Source of the DNA: Chitinophagaceae bacterium | Lineage (GTDB): Bacteria; Bacteroidota; Bacteroidia; Chitinophagales; REEL01 | DNA length: 64,000 bases | Direction of reading: 5' to 3' | Assembly: GCA_007695095.1 (NCBI GenBank) | Contig: REEL01000148.1 | Span: 218-64,217 of the forward strand | Shown: in pieces, positions 1-9,168 of the stretch | Position numbering within the stretch: position 1 is the first letter of the stretch | How the letters are laid out: each line of letters begins with the position of its first letter | The notes under the pieces: model-generated | Seen by the model: only the letters and a program-made list of their open reading frames with translations | Database searches by the model: none | Told to the model about the DNA's origin: nothing | Translations under genes and position numbers: made by a program

Positions 1-3000
1 CCTGTAAAAACATTGAATTTGAGATTCATCATTATACATTATGATGAAAATGAACCAAGAAATTTTGAATCAAATAATCAAAATCATGTTGATTTTCTAC
101 AATTAATTGTTTCAGATTTAAATGATGCCTTTACAGATATTCAACCATCATCAAATTCAGATTGTACATCTGAAACAATTGTTCCAACTGGCACTTTAAA
201 CAATCAACCGGACACTAGGATTCAATTTTATCTACATGATATAGTTGAAGTCGTAGATCCAAATTTATGGGATGCAGACATTTTTTTGGATCATAGTTCT
301 ATGTCAGATGCTTTGGATTCTATCCACCCTCCAAGCGATAACAAAGCTATAAATATCTATATGACTGGAAGCGAATGCAATTATGATAAAAGAGTACTTT
401 TGAACACGAACCCAACTTGTACTAATCCTGACTGGGTTTCAAAAGGTTTAATGAAAGGAAGATTTCCTAATCAAAATTTAAATTTCTCTGAATTTTTAAA
501 AATTTATGCCTTTGATGCTTTTAGTAAGTATAAAGCTCACAATAATGGGTATTATTGTCACCTATATTCACAATGTTGTCCCGCTTGTCCTATTTCATGG
601 CAATCTGGTGTTGATGCTTATGCACATGAAATAGGCCATAATCTTGGATTGGGCCATGCAAATCAATGTCCTGAAAGTATAATGGATCAAGAATGTTGTT
701 CTGGAGCAAGGTTTTTATATGACAATCAATTATCTCAAATGCACAGATCATTAGGAATAACAAATGCAAGAAATGTTGTAAGAGATTGTCCTTATTCTCC
801 AGAACCTATCTTAATCACTAAGGATTCTGTTCTTAATTTGAACATAAGATTATACCAGGACCTAATAATTAAGTCAGGCAATACATTAACAATTACTTGT
901 AAAGTTTTAATGCCTGATGATGCAAAAATAATTGTAGAACCAAATGCAAAATTAATTATTGACGGAGGCAAAATAACTAATGCTTGTAATGGTCTTTGGA
1001 AAGGAATTGAAGTTTGGGGTGATAATGAACAACATCAATACACGATTAACTATATTAACCAACAGGGAAAAGTACATTTAAAAAATGGAGCAATCATTGA
1101 CGGTGCTGAAATTGGTATAGCTACATATAATCCTAATGAATATAATAGAAATACAGGAGGAATTATTATAGCAGAAGATGCGACTTTTAAAAACTGCAAA
1201 AATGCTGTTTTCTTATTTCCCTATCAAAACTTCTACCCTAATAACCCTAGTCAACTGCGTCCAAATTTAAGCAGATTTGACAATGTAGAATTTATAGCTA
1301 ATGGAGAAAATTATAATTCAGGAGTAAATTATGGTACTGGAATGGTAGTGCTTTGGGGTGTTAATGGTGTTCGATTCAGAGGTTGTAAGTTTCTAAACTT
1401 AGATGAAAATACTGAAAGTTCTAACTGGGAAAGGTCTGGAATTACATCATTAGATGCAAACTATACTGTTACCAGTTTATGTGTAACAGTACCGGGTGTG
1501 TTTAATCCACCTTTTTCATGTCCTCCTCAAAATATTGTCAGGAGTAAGTTTGAAAACCTTAAACAAGGTATTTGGGCAGGAAAGTATTCTGACCCATTTA
1601 AAACATATACTGTCGAAAATAGTGATTTTATAGGGAATCGTACAGGTATTTTAAATGCAGGGGTTGATTATGCTACAATAGTTCTGAATAATTTTGAAAT
1701 AACTACTTTTCCAAATGCAGATACGTTAAGTGCAATAGCGGTGGAAACAGGAACCGGATTTGCCATTGAACAAAATGACATTTTAGGCTCAATTGATATC
1801 AACAATAATGAGCAGGTTGGAATTTGGGTGAGAAACAGTGGAATTGAACCAAACAGGTTGTATAACAATAAGATTACTTCAACTTCTTATGCAACACTTG
1901 CAAACGGAAATAACAGATCAATACCAGATGTTGCTTATGCTCCAGTTGATGGCCTATTGTTTGAATGTAATGAATATGTGGATAACTTCAATGATATAGT
2001 AGCAGTTGGCACATCAGATGGAGATGGTGTAAAGTTACATCAAGGTACCAATATTTTGGGTGAAGAAGTACCCGCCGGCAATAAATTTTCTGATTATGAC
2101 AATCATCCATACAGAGACATAAATAATCCATCTGCTTGGCCTATGATTTATTTTTATTATGAAAATGAATCGATTGAAATTCCTGAATTTTACAATACAA
2201 ACAATGTAAATACCGAAGGATTAGGATATCCCAATGATTGTGATGCGAATTATAATCCTTCAAACAATTATTTATCTTCTGTTTTAACACATATAATGCT
2301 TGATCAGCAAAAAGATAATTTTAACACTTCTTTTGTACAGTACTCAAGTGTTTTGTTTTCTTATAATCAGTTAATTGACGGAGGAAATACAAATTCTTTA
2401 CTTGAGGACATTCAAAATGCCTGGTCGAGTGAAGCGTGGGAGTTATATAATGGCTTGATTGCAGAATCTCCTTACTTATCAACTACGGCAATAAAGCAAG
2501 CTGCTCAAACGGGTATTTTGCCTAATGAAATGTTACTTGACTTATGTGTAGCAAACCCAGAGGCAACAATGGGCTATCAATTTATTGATTTTTTAAAGGA
2601 CTCTATTCCAAATTCATTACCTGTTTATATGTTAGATATCATAGTAGCAAATTGGAGTACTCAAACACCGCGTGGCATAATTGAACTTCAGCTCAGTAAA
2701 CTCAATGAGGAAAAACACCAAAGTGCAAGTGCTGTATTAAGGCATTATATGAATGATACGACTAATTATGAAATGGACAGTATCAGAACATGGACTGCTA
2801 AGAAAGAAAATTTACCCTCATTATATGCTGAAGTAATGGATAATTTTTTGTATGTTGAGGATCCGGATTACGGTGGGCTTATGGACGATATACTTATTGA
2901 CTATGACAACTTGCCGGACTATATTCATGCATTGCATTATGATTATCACGGATTACTAGATTTTGTATTTCAAAACATTACAACATCAGGTTTATCAATT

Positions 3001-3450
3001 TTGGAGGCTGATACAACTGATTTGGAATCACTCAAATATTACGCAAATAAACAAGGTTGGCCGGCAGTTATAGCCAGTGGAATTTTACATTTTACAGGAT
3101 ATGAATTGTTTGATCCACTACCGGAACTTCCCGGACCTCCTCAGCAATATCGCAGAGCTCAAAATTCTGACAAATTTTCGTTAAATGATGAACAATTCGT
3201 ATCTTTATTAGTGTATCCCAATCCGGCACAAGTAATGGTCATTTTTGAATATGAATTGAAGAAAAATTATCCTGATGCAAAACTTATGATTTATGATGTG
3301 TCCGGTAAATTACAGAAAGATTTTATGATTAATCGGTATAAAGGTCAAAAAATTTGGGACACAAGACAAGTGGCTAATGGCATCTATATGTATTATATCC
3401 AATCCGGTGATAAAATCTTAAAAAATGGCAAAGTTACAATAAATAATTAA
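1..3450 (+). CDS. Large secreted metzincin-like zinc metalloprotease with T9SS C-terminal sorting domain; 5' end runs off the window
   Basis: The frame is open from nt 1 (codons 1-12 have no stop before the listed TTG at 13) and no signal peptide is visible, so the gene is truncated. It has the zinc motif HEIGHNLGLGH (HExxHxxGxxH) and a long Asn/Gly-rich middle that looks like a beta-helix. The C-terminus LLVYPNPAQ...MIYDVSGK...NGIYMYYIQ fits the Bacteroidota T9SS CTD pattern. Confidence 0.8.
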   Translation, partial: PVKTLNLRFIIIHYDENEPRNFESNNQNHVDFLQLIVSDLNDAFTDIQPSSNSDCTSETIVPTGTLNNQPDTRIQFYLHDIVEVVDPNLWDADIFLDHSSMSDALDSIHPPSDNKAINIYMTGSECNYDKRVLLNTNPTCTNPDWVSKGLMKGRFPNQNLNFSEFLKIYAFDAFSKYKAHNNGYYCHLYSQCCPACPISWQSGVDAYAHEIGHNLGLGHANQCPESIMDQECCSGARFLYDNQLSQMHRSLGITNARNVVRDCPYSPEPILITKDSVLNLNIRLYQDLIIKSGNTLTITCKVLMPDDAKIIVEPNAKLIIDGGKITNACNGLWKGIEVWGDNEQHQYTINYINQQGKVHLKNGAIIDGAEIGIATYNPNEYNRNTGGIIIAEDATFKNCKNAVFLFPYQNFYPNNPSQLRPNLSRFDNVEFIANGENYNSGVNYGTGMVVLWGVNGVRFRGCKFLNLDENTESSNWERSGITSLDANYTVTSLCVTVPGVFNPPFSCPPQNIVRSKFENLKQGIWAGKYSDPFKTYTVENSDFIGNRTGILNAGVDYATIVLNNFEITTFPNADTLSAIAVETGTGFAIEQNDILGSIDINNNEQVGIWVRNSGIEPNRLYNNKITSTSYATLANGNNRSIPDVAYAPVDGLLFECNEYVDNFNDIVAVGTSDGDGVKLHQGTNILGEEVPAGNKFSDYDNHPYRDINNPSAWPMIYFYYENESIEIPEFYNTNNVNTEGLGYPNDCDANYNPSNNYLSSVLTHIMLDQQKDNFNTSFVQYSSVLFSYNQLIDGGNTNSLLEDIQNAWSSEAWELYNGLIAESPYLSTTAIKQAAQTGILPNEMLLDLCVANPEATMGYQFIDFLKDSIPNSLPVYMLDIIVANWSTQTPRGIIELQLSKLNEEKHQSASAVLRHYMNDTTNYEMDSIRTWTAKKENLPSLYAEVMDNFLYVEDPDYGGLMDDILIDYDNLPDYIHALHYDYHGLLDFVFQNITTSGLSILEADTTDLESLKYYANKQGWPAVIASGILHFTGYELFDPLPELPGPPQQYRRAQNSDKFSLNDEQFVSLLVYPNPAQVMVIFEYELKKNYPDAKLMIYDVSGKLQKDFMINRYKGQKIWDTRQVANGIYMYYIQSGDKILKNGKVTINN

Positions 3451-3458
3451 TTATAAAT

Positions 3459-3496
3459 AAATCTGCTAAGCATAGACCTATATGCTTAGCGGATTT
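3459..3496 (+). repeat. 16-bp inverted repeat (hairpin) between the first two T9SS cargo genes
   Basis: AAATCTGCTAAGCATA (3459-3474), loop GACCTA, then TATGCTTAGCGGATTT (3481-3496). 15 of 16 positions are Watson-Crick and one is a U-G wobble. No U-tract follows on the plus strand, so this is an intercistronic hairpin rather than a canonical terminator. Confidence 0.6.
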
Positions 3497-3508
3497 AAAC
3501 ACACCCTT

Positions 3509-5278
3509 ATGAAATACCTTTACTTATTTATATTATACATTTTATTCTTTAGTAATATTTCTCTAAAAGCACAGCAAACCCCCACTTTTATACGTGGTGA
3601 TGTGTTTTCTATACCTTCTAACATGACATATGATGTAGTGGAAACGAATAGCGGTTATCTTGCTGCATATAGTCAATCTATTAATTATATTGATTTACCG
3701 GCCTTTTCTATGTTTGCAAAATTTGATTTTAATGGTAACTTAATTGACACTCTACATCTTCCTAAAATTGATTCTATACCAATCTATTATTCCCATTTAA
3801 TAGAGTTATTAAACGACTCTACTGCCATAATCCAGGGTAGATGTGATACTACGGTTAGAACTTTCGGCAGATTTGCTTTTTTTGCTGAAGTAGATTTAAA
3901 TACTTTAAAATTTAACTGGTTTACTTATGTTGACCGTTCTATAGTCGAAGATTCTACTTATCAACAAGAAATCAGAAATGTAGTGGAGGATTTTGTTATT
4001 GATAGTATAAGTGGCAATATATATTTTGTTGGTCATACAATTTATGATGACTATTACAGTTTTCCGCATTGGCAAAGTTTTCAAAAATTTAATGTGCTAT
4101 TAGGCAAAATGTCAAGTCAGGGGGAACTCTTATGGGTTAAAGAATATAAAAAACATGAACATCATTTATATGGTGGTCAAATAAATCTGGACTATATGAA
4201 CAATCAAATATTAATTGCAGGCTCTCAGCGTGATTCGTATAAACATCCCTTATTACCAACTGCATATCTACCTCTGAATTACCCATTAGTAATCATAACG
4301 GATATGGATGGAAATGAATTGGATCGTCTTGAAAACAATTTTGTAAGTGATTATGAACTTGGAGTTTCCAGAACTTCAAGCTATCAACCTACACCGGATG
4401 GAGGATATGTAATGGTTGGAAGGGCATTTGAAATTGTGGAAAACATGTACCCTCTGGGGAATCCCAACTTTTGGTATGATCAATTTGTTACGCAACATAT
4501 TTCAAAATATGATGCCAATCATCAATATTTATGGCATTGGGATGGTCATTTAGCTGTCTCAGCAGGGCATAATGATTATAGATATAGTCAATTAGTTGTA
4601 AATGATGACAATACGTATGTAGCAGGTGGACATTGCATAATAGATGCCGTTTGGTCTTGGAATGGGGAACAAGGAGTCATTTGTATGCATAAACTATCTG
4701 AAGATGGCGATTCTTTATGGAGAAGATATTATCATTATTTAGTGGAACGACCGGGAAATCGGCCACATTTTATTTATTTTTTAAAAAAAGCATCTGATGG
4801 TGGATATTTGATAACTGGAAAGATATATGACATGCTGTATATTCAACAAGAAACCCCAATTCAACATGCAGTATTAATTAAAACCGATTCTATGGGTTGC
4901 GTAGTGCCCGGCTGTGACACTTGCCATACGGCTACCTGTACAGAGGAATTCTTTTATGACTACCATCCCGATGACCTTATAGATGAAGAAGACACTACCA
5001 GTGTTTTTACACCGGAAAAACTTCAATTAAAATTGCAAGTGTATCCTAATCCCGCTTCAAATCATCTTTTTTTTATGCCTTCCGGCATGCAACAACCCGA
5101 TGTAGCTATTATAAGACTATATGACATGTCCGGTCGTCAGGTCCGTGAATTTGAAACTCAGCTCTTTAACGGGCATCAGTATATTATGGATATAAGTAAT
5201 CTGCAAGCAGGAAATTACCTATTGCAAGTTGAGGGTGAAAATTACCAATATCAAACAGAAAAAATATTAATACAGTAA
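3509..5278 (+). CDS. Secreted protein of unknown function with T9SS C-terminal sorting domain
   Basis: The ATG at 3509 gives the signal peptide MKYLYLFILYILFFSNISLKAQQ. The listed start at 3482 lies inside the upstream hairpin. The C-terminus LQVYPNPASNHLFF...RLYDMSGRQV...AGNYLLQV is a T9SS CTD pattern. No catalytic motif was recognised. Confidence 0.8.
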   Translation: MKYLYLFILYILFFSNISLKAQQTPTFIRGDVFSIPSNMTYDVVETNSGYLAAYSQSINYIDLPAFSMFAKFDFNGNLIDTLHLPKIDSIPIYYSHLIELLNDSTAIIQGRCDTTVRTFGRFAFFAEVDLNTLKFNWFTYVDRSIVEDSTYQQEIRNVVEDFVIDSISGNIYFVGHTIYDDYYSFPHWQSFQKFNVLLGKMSSQGELLWVKEYKKHEHHLYGGQINLDYMNNQILIAGSQRDSYKHPLLPTAYLPLNYPLVIITDMDGNELDRLENNFVSDYELGVSRTSSYQPTPDGGYVMVGRAFEIVENMYPLGNPNFWYDQFVTQHISKYDANHQYLWHWDGHLAVSAGHNDYRYSQLVVNDDNTYVAGGHCIIDAVWSWNGEQGVICMHKLSEDGDSLWRRYYHYLVERPGNRPHFIYFLKKASDGGYLITGKIYDMLYIQQETPIQHAVLIKTDSMGCVVPGCDTCHTATCTEEFFYDYHPDDLIDEEDTTSVFTPEKLQLKLQVYPNPASNHLFFMPSGMQQPDVAIIRLYDMSGRQVREFETQLFNGHQYIMDISNLQAGNYLLQVEGENYQYQTEKILIQ

Positions 5279-5290
5279 AAATTAAAACTA

Positions 5291-6736
5291 ATGAATTTTT
5301 TTAGAAAAATCAGCATACTATTTTGTTTCTTTATTCTTTTATCAAATTTCATTAAAGATTCAATTGCATCACCTGATTGTCGTGAAAGTGTTTTCTTTGG
5401 TTATTCAGCTGAAGGTGCTTTTCAACCTACTGTTTTTACTTTAATTCCAAGTTATCCGCAAAATTTTGGAGAAATTTTAATTGAATTACAACCGGTAATT
5501 CATTCAGGTGATTTGCTGGGAGTAAGGGCAACTTTTGTTGAAGGACTTACCGGTCCAATTAGGGTGGAAATGTCGTATGCATCAAATAATGACAGTATTT
5601 ATTTTGAAAAATATGATCTTAACATTCAAAGTACTCCTTTAGAAGATACTTCAATTTTTGTTCCCAACATTATTCAAATGATTCCGGATTGGCATAATTC
5701 TAATTATGTATTTAGTAAAAATGGAAATGAAATTGAGTTTTCAAAACTAAATTTAAATGATAAATCACTATTAAACATTGCTACTTTACAAATAGATAGT
5801 TTGGTAGATATATTTGAAAGCAGCTATTCATATTTTGGTTTACACCTAATAGGAATGAAAGATGATACTATAAGAAAGTATTACAATATTAAAGTAGAAA
5901 CAGGTTCAATTTTACTTGATGTTGATATCAGTGCCATTGAAGGGGAGATATTTTTCGCTGCCGGAGATGAAAACGAAGTGATGTTTATCTCTCAAAAAAC
6001 GGAAGACTCTTTGCAAACATTTTTTACACATTATTATTCTGATACAGATAGCTTTTCATACATGCAGATTACAGAATTAGATACCATATATAATGTGACA
6101 TCCTGGAGAAATGAACCGCCTTCAATGTCAATAAACGAAATAAATTCTGAAATTGCTATTTTAACCAACTCTACAGATACAAACTTTCAATCTAAGTTAC
6201 ACATCTATGATATAGATTCAGGTCAATTCATGACCTCATATCCCTTTGACTTTGATGCCAAAAAAGTGTATGTGCCCGGCTTGAAAAATGCATGGTTATC
6301 GTCTAATTTATATCTGTCTTCTACTCCCCCTGTATTCGTGGAATATGAAGAGGCTAATGAGCGATTTATTGCTCGATTATCTTCGGACTTAACAACGATT
6401 AATCAAAATGAAAAGAAAGAAATTCCATTAAGTGGTATTTCTACATATTCTTCAACATTTTATTGTATTGTCCCGGTAGAAGAAATTAGTGTAAATGAAT
6501 TTAATATTCAAATTTTTCCAAACCCTGCTTCCGGCTACACAACCATCAACCTTCCAGAAGAGATTACAAATCCTTCTGTTGCTGTTTATGATTTACAAGG
6601 TCGGAAAGTACTCACTCAAGATTTATATCAAAATGAAAATGTCTTGCCTCTGAAAGGCTTGACAAAGGGAGTTTATATTATTACAGTTAAGAGCGAAAGT
6701 CAGGTATTAAAGATGGATAAATTGGTCGTTTTTTAG
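5291..6736 (+). CDS. Secreted protein of unknown function with T9SS C-terminal sorting domain
   Basis: Signal peptide MNFFRKISILFCFFILLSNFIKDSIA. The C-terminus IQIFPNPASGYTTINL...VAVYDLQGRKV...KGVYIITVKS is a T9SS CTD pattern. Confidence 0.8.
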   Translation: MNFFRKISILFCFFILLSNFIKDSIASPDCRESVFFGYSAEGAFQPTVFTLIPSYPQNFGEILIELQPVIHSGDLLGVRATFVEGLTGPIRVEMSYASNNDSIYFEKYDLNIQSTPLEDTSIFVPNIIQMIPDWHNSNYVFSKNGNEIEFSKLNLNDKSLLNIATLQIDSLVDIFESSYSYFGLHLIGMKDDTIRKYYNIKVETGSILLDVDISAIEGEIFFAAGDENEVMFISQKTEDSLQTFFTHYYSDTDSFSYMQITELDTIYNVTSWRNEPPSMSINEINSEIAILTNSTDTNFQSKLHIYDIDSGQFMTSYPFDFDAKKVYVPGLKNAWLSSNLYLSSTPPVFVEYEEANERFIARLSSDLTTINQNEKKEIPLSGISTYSSTFYCIVPVEEISVNEFNIQIFPNPASGYTTINLPEEITNPSVAVYDLQGRKVLTQDLYQNENVLPLKGLTKGVYIITVKSESQVLKMDKLVVF

Positions 6737-6739
6737 AAC

Positions 6740-7095
6740 CCTCTGCCCCCAATCAGGAGATTTCACACTTCAAGCATGCCCTCTCGGCTCCCCTTTTGAA
6801 GCTCACAACGACGGTGGGGTGTGAGGCTGTTCTCTGTCCATTTTCTTCTCATAGTCTATGCGTTCCGGTTTTCTTGTTTTATTGGACAATCCCTCAAGGC
6901 CTGGTTAACGGCACGGAAGGCTTTAGTATTTATATTTTGGATGAACTTTAAGCTTAAAGACCATAAAGAAACCGTTTCGCAGAAGGGAATACGGCCTTTA
7001 TTCCGCACTTGGGGTGCCCGCTGCTTGAATCTTGCGTGAAAAATTTTACTGTTCGACGCAAGGAGAGATGAAAGCCCTAATTCTTCTAAATAAAG
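6740..7095. other. GC-rich, hairpin-rich non-coding island (candidate structured RNA or gene relic); strand and identity unresolved
   Basis: By hand count, 6741-6840 is 56/100 G+C against 26/100 for 7101-7200. Perfect stems are CTTGCGT 7031-7037 with ACGCAAG 7056-7062, GGAATA 6986-6991 with TATTCC 6999-7004, CTCACA 6802-6807 with TGTGAG 6820-6825, and CTTCAA 6768-6773 with TTGAAG 6796-6801. There is no convincing ORF. Confidence 0.35.
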
Positions 7096-7114
7096 CTAAT
7101 ACGGACAGTTAGTG

Positions 7115-7405
7115 CTATTTTATATTTAGCTTTTCTTTAGATAAATGATGAATTCTAACAATTCCTATAAATGTTGGTTTAACTCTATAAACAATTCTGT
7201 AATTTCCTTCAATGAGCTCTCTTATATCTTTTTTCCCAATTTCAGGAACTATACGTCCTATTTTAGGCTGCTTTTTAAGTATTTACACTCTTTCAAATAT
7301 TTTATTCACTTGTCTTTTTGCAAAAACTTTGGAGTCTAAAGAAATGTAATCATAGATATTTCTAAGGTCATGAATTGCTAATTCTGTCCAAACAATTTTT
7401 ACCAT
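7115..7405 (-). pseudogene. ParE/RelE-family toxin gene interrupted by an in-frame TAA
   Basis: Hand translation of the minus strand gives MVKIVWTELAIHDLRNIYDYISLDSKVFAKRQVNKIFERV, then TAA at 7283-7285. The same frame continues as ILKKQPKIGRIVPEIGKKDIRELIEGNYRIVYRVKPTFIGIVRIHHLSKEKLNIK, then TAG at 7115-7117. The motifs GRIVPE, IRELI and YRIVYR are typical of Bacteroidota ParE/RelE toxins. Both halves fall below the ORF-track length cutoff. Confidence 0.7.
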
Positions 7406-7572
7406 TTTTTTGCGATTTCTTTCACTTTTTCATGGCTAATTGTATTCTTTTTATCTAGCTGTTTTATCCCCTTTTCAATTTTGTCAACAAAAATTAATTT
7501 TTCAATTAACTCCTCTAACTCAATTTCTTTAGGTAGTTCTTTAATCGCTTCTATAATTTTATCTCGCTTCAT
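7399..7572 (-). CDS. Putative antitoxin (57 aa, helical) of the ParE/RelE-like module
   Basis: Hand translation gives MKRDKIIEAIKELPKEIELEELIEKLIFVDKIEKGIKQLDKKNTISHEKVKEIAKKW. Its TGGTAA end overlaps the toxin ATG (ATGGTAA at 7405-7399), which is the classic toxin-antitoxin coupling. It is not in the ORF track because it is under 60 aa. Confidence 0.65.
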   Translation of the reverse strand: MKRDKIIEAIKELPKEIELEELIEKLIFVDKIEKGIKQLDKKNTISHEKVKEIAKKW

Positions 7573-7692
7573 TTTTAAAGTTTACTCAAGTTTAAGAATA
7601 AAATGGAAAACACTTCGTCCAATAGCAAAACGCATTTTTTTAAAAAATAATAAAATATCCGTTTACTATAAACGAGACTACCGGCATCACAT

Positions 7693-9168
7693 TTACCTAA
7701 TACTTTTCACTGCCTTAGATTCTTTATGGCTTTTAATCATTTCTTCCAGATTATCAAAAAAACTAAAGTATATAGTATCAAAATGCATTTTATCTGTGAA
7801 TTCTAAGTTGTCAAAATCTTGTTTCCACTTTTCTAAAATTGGGATTTGCTCTGTAATATCATAAGCCTGTATGTATTTCCTACTGTACTTTACCAAAAAA
7901 TCATACGAATTTGAACTAATCTCATATTTCTCCATTTGCCTTTTAATAGATAAATGTACGCTGTCTAAGATTCTGTAATTGCCCAGTTTAAAATGAATCC
8001 AATAACTGATTACTCTTGCCCCAAGCAATCTATAAGGCAGTTCATGCTTCTTACAAAAACTTGTAGCTTTCTCTATCCAATCTAAAGCATTGTCATAATC
8101 TCCTTTTTTCATATATACTAATGAAAACCCCATTAAAAGTATGGCTCTGAAATCAATGCTGAATAATCGTTGTTTTTTTAAAAACTTTTTGGTATTTAAT
8201 TCTAAGTTGCTGAAGTCATTGCTGCAAATCATTTGCATATTCTGAATTTGAAATAAAACAGCAAGTGCATTATAGTTGCTCTTTGACAAATCAGTTAACT
8301 CATGTATAAATTTATGAGCCTCCTTTTCAATTAAATCTTTCCTTTTTAAATTGCTTAAAAACAGAATAACATTTCTAACTAAAGGAATTTTTATATCTGA
8401 GTAATATTCAGCACCGGGGTAGATATTGAGTAAATCTATAGCTTTAAATGCATTTTTAAGGCTCTCATCTAAATCAGAAACCATCAAATAATACAGCGAA
8501 AAAATATTATAACGTTTAATTTTAATTAATGTACTCTCTGAAGAATTGTTTTCAATCATCACCGGATCATCTAAAACATTTTCTACAGTAGAACGCAGCT
8601 CTAAATCTTCTTTTATACTAAATTTTCTTAAATGTATTTCCTTTATATAATAATACAGATAGTCCAGTTTATAGTTAATCAGATTTTCTTCAAAATGTTG
8701 CCTGTATTCAACAAAAACATTGGGGTCTGTGTCCTTTTTAAGCATACCTAATTTGTAATTCATACTATATATGGTCGGAATAAAATGAAAAAGTCCCTTT
8801 TCAATTATAGAAATCTTGAGTGTAAAGAGAACCTTAAGTGCTTCCGAGTAAAGTCCTTTCAACATCAGAATCTTAACCTCAGATAACTGTTGCAAAATGT
8901 CAATTTCATTATTTTCCTTATTATAGCGTATTATTGACTGGAGAAGCTCTGCTTTCAGGTAGGATTTTAATTTATACAAAGGTTGCTTACAACCACTTTT
9001 CTCTAATTCTTTGGCTAATTCCTTACTGTCATATATTTCCTTTTTCTTTATAAGGGTATACAGCGTAAAATAAAAGGTGTTTTTTCTGGCTGACTTTACA
9101 AAAAACTTCTCTTCCTTGTCAGCCATCGACTGTATAACTTCATAAACTATGTCTTCCCGAATATCCAT
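7693..9168 (-). CDS. 491-aa all-helical (TPR-like) protein of unknown function; paralog of 59663-61114
   Basis: Long ORF with no signal peptide. It shares collinear motifs with the 483-aa protein: YKLKSYL (aa 65) against YRLKNRL (aa 68), DYDNALD (aa 357) against NYDNAID (aa 361), and GNYRILD (aa 396) against GDYDVLD (aa 401). Confidence 0.75.
   Translation of the reverse strand: MDIREDIVYEVIQSMADKEEKFFVKSARKNTFYFTLYTLIKKKEIYDSKELAKELEKSGCKQPLYKLKSYLKAELLQSIIRYNKENNEIDILQQLSEVKILMLKGLYSEALKVLFTLKISIIEKGLFHFIPTIYSMNYKLGMLKKDTDPNVFVEYRQHFEENLINYKLDYLYYYIKEIHLRKFSIKEDLELRSTVENVLDDPVMIENNSSESTLIKIKRYNIFSLYYLMVSDLDESLKNAFKAIDLLNIYPGAEYYSDIKIPLVRNVILFLSNLKRKDLIEKEAHKFIHELTDLSKSNYNALAVLFQIQNMQMICSNDFSNLELNTKKFLKKQRLFSIDFRAILLMGFSLVYMKKGDYDNALDWIEKATSFCKKHELPYRLLGARVISYWIHFKLGNYRILDSVHLSIKRQMEKYEISSNSYDFLVKYSRKYIQAYDITEQIPILEKWKQDFDNLEFTDKMHFDTIYFSFFDNLEEMIKSHKESKAVKSIR

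Noticed and set aside
6821-7039. Listed 72-aa ORF (GTG start) inside the GC-rich island.
   Set aside because: The sequence is low-complexity and implausible, with no RBS or promoter context. It lies in a region whose signal is better explained by RNA-like structure. A stop-free 85-codon stretch on the minus strand also lacks a start codon.
6740-7095. The GC-rich island might be RNase P RNA, tmRNA or SRP RNA.
   Set aside because: Neither strand has the invariant RNase P P4 strand (GAGGAAAGUCC) or the ACAGAA...GGCUUA element. There is no tRNA-like acceptor/T-arm (GGUUCGA..CC...CCACCA) and no Bacteroidota-type tag reading frame for tmRNA. There is no SRP domain IV motif. A GCT-GCT-TGA (Ala-Ala-stop) at 7017-7025 caught my eye but has no tRNA-like context.
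7283-7285. The in-frame TAA in the toxin might be a recoded or reassigned stop codon.
   Set aside because: TAA terminates many clearly complete genes in this window (parA, trxA and others). A single-site nonsense mutation or a sequencing error is far more likely than reassignment.
7145-7864. Listed plus-strand ORFs 7145-7339 and 7481-7864.
   Set aside because: They are antisense shadows of the ParE-like toxin, the antitoxin and the 3' end of the 491-aa gene. Their translations are low-complexity, while the minus-strand readings carry recognisable family motifs.
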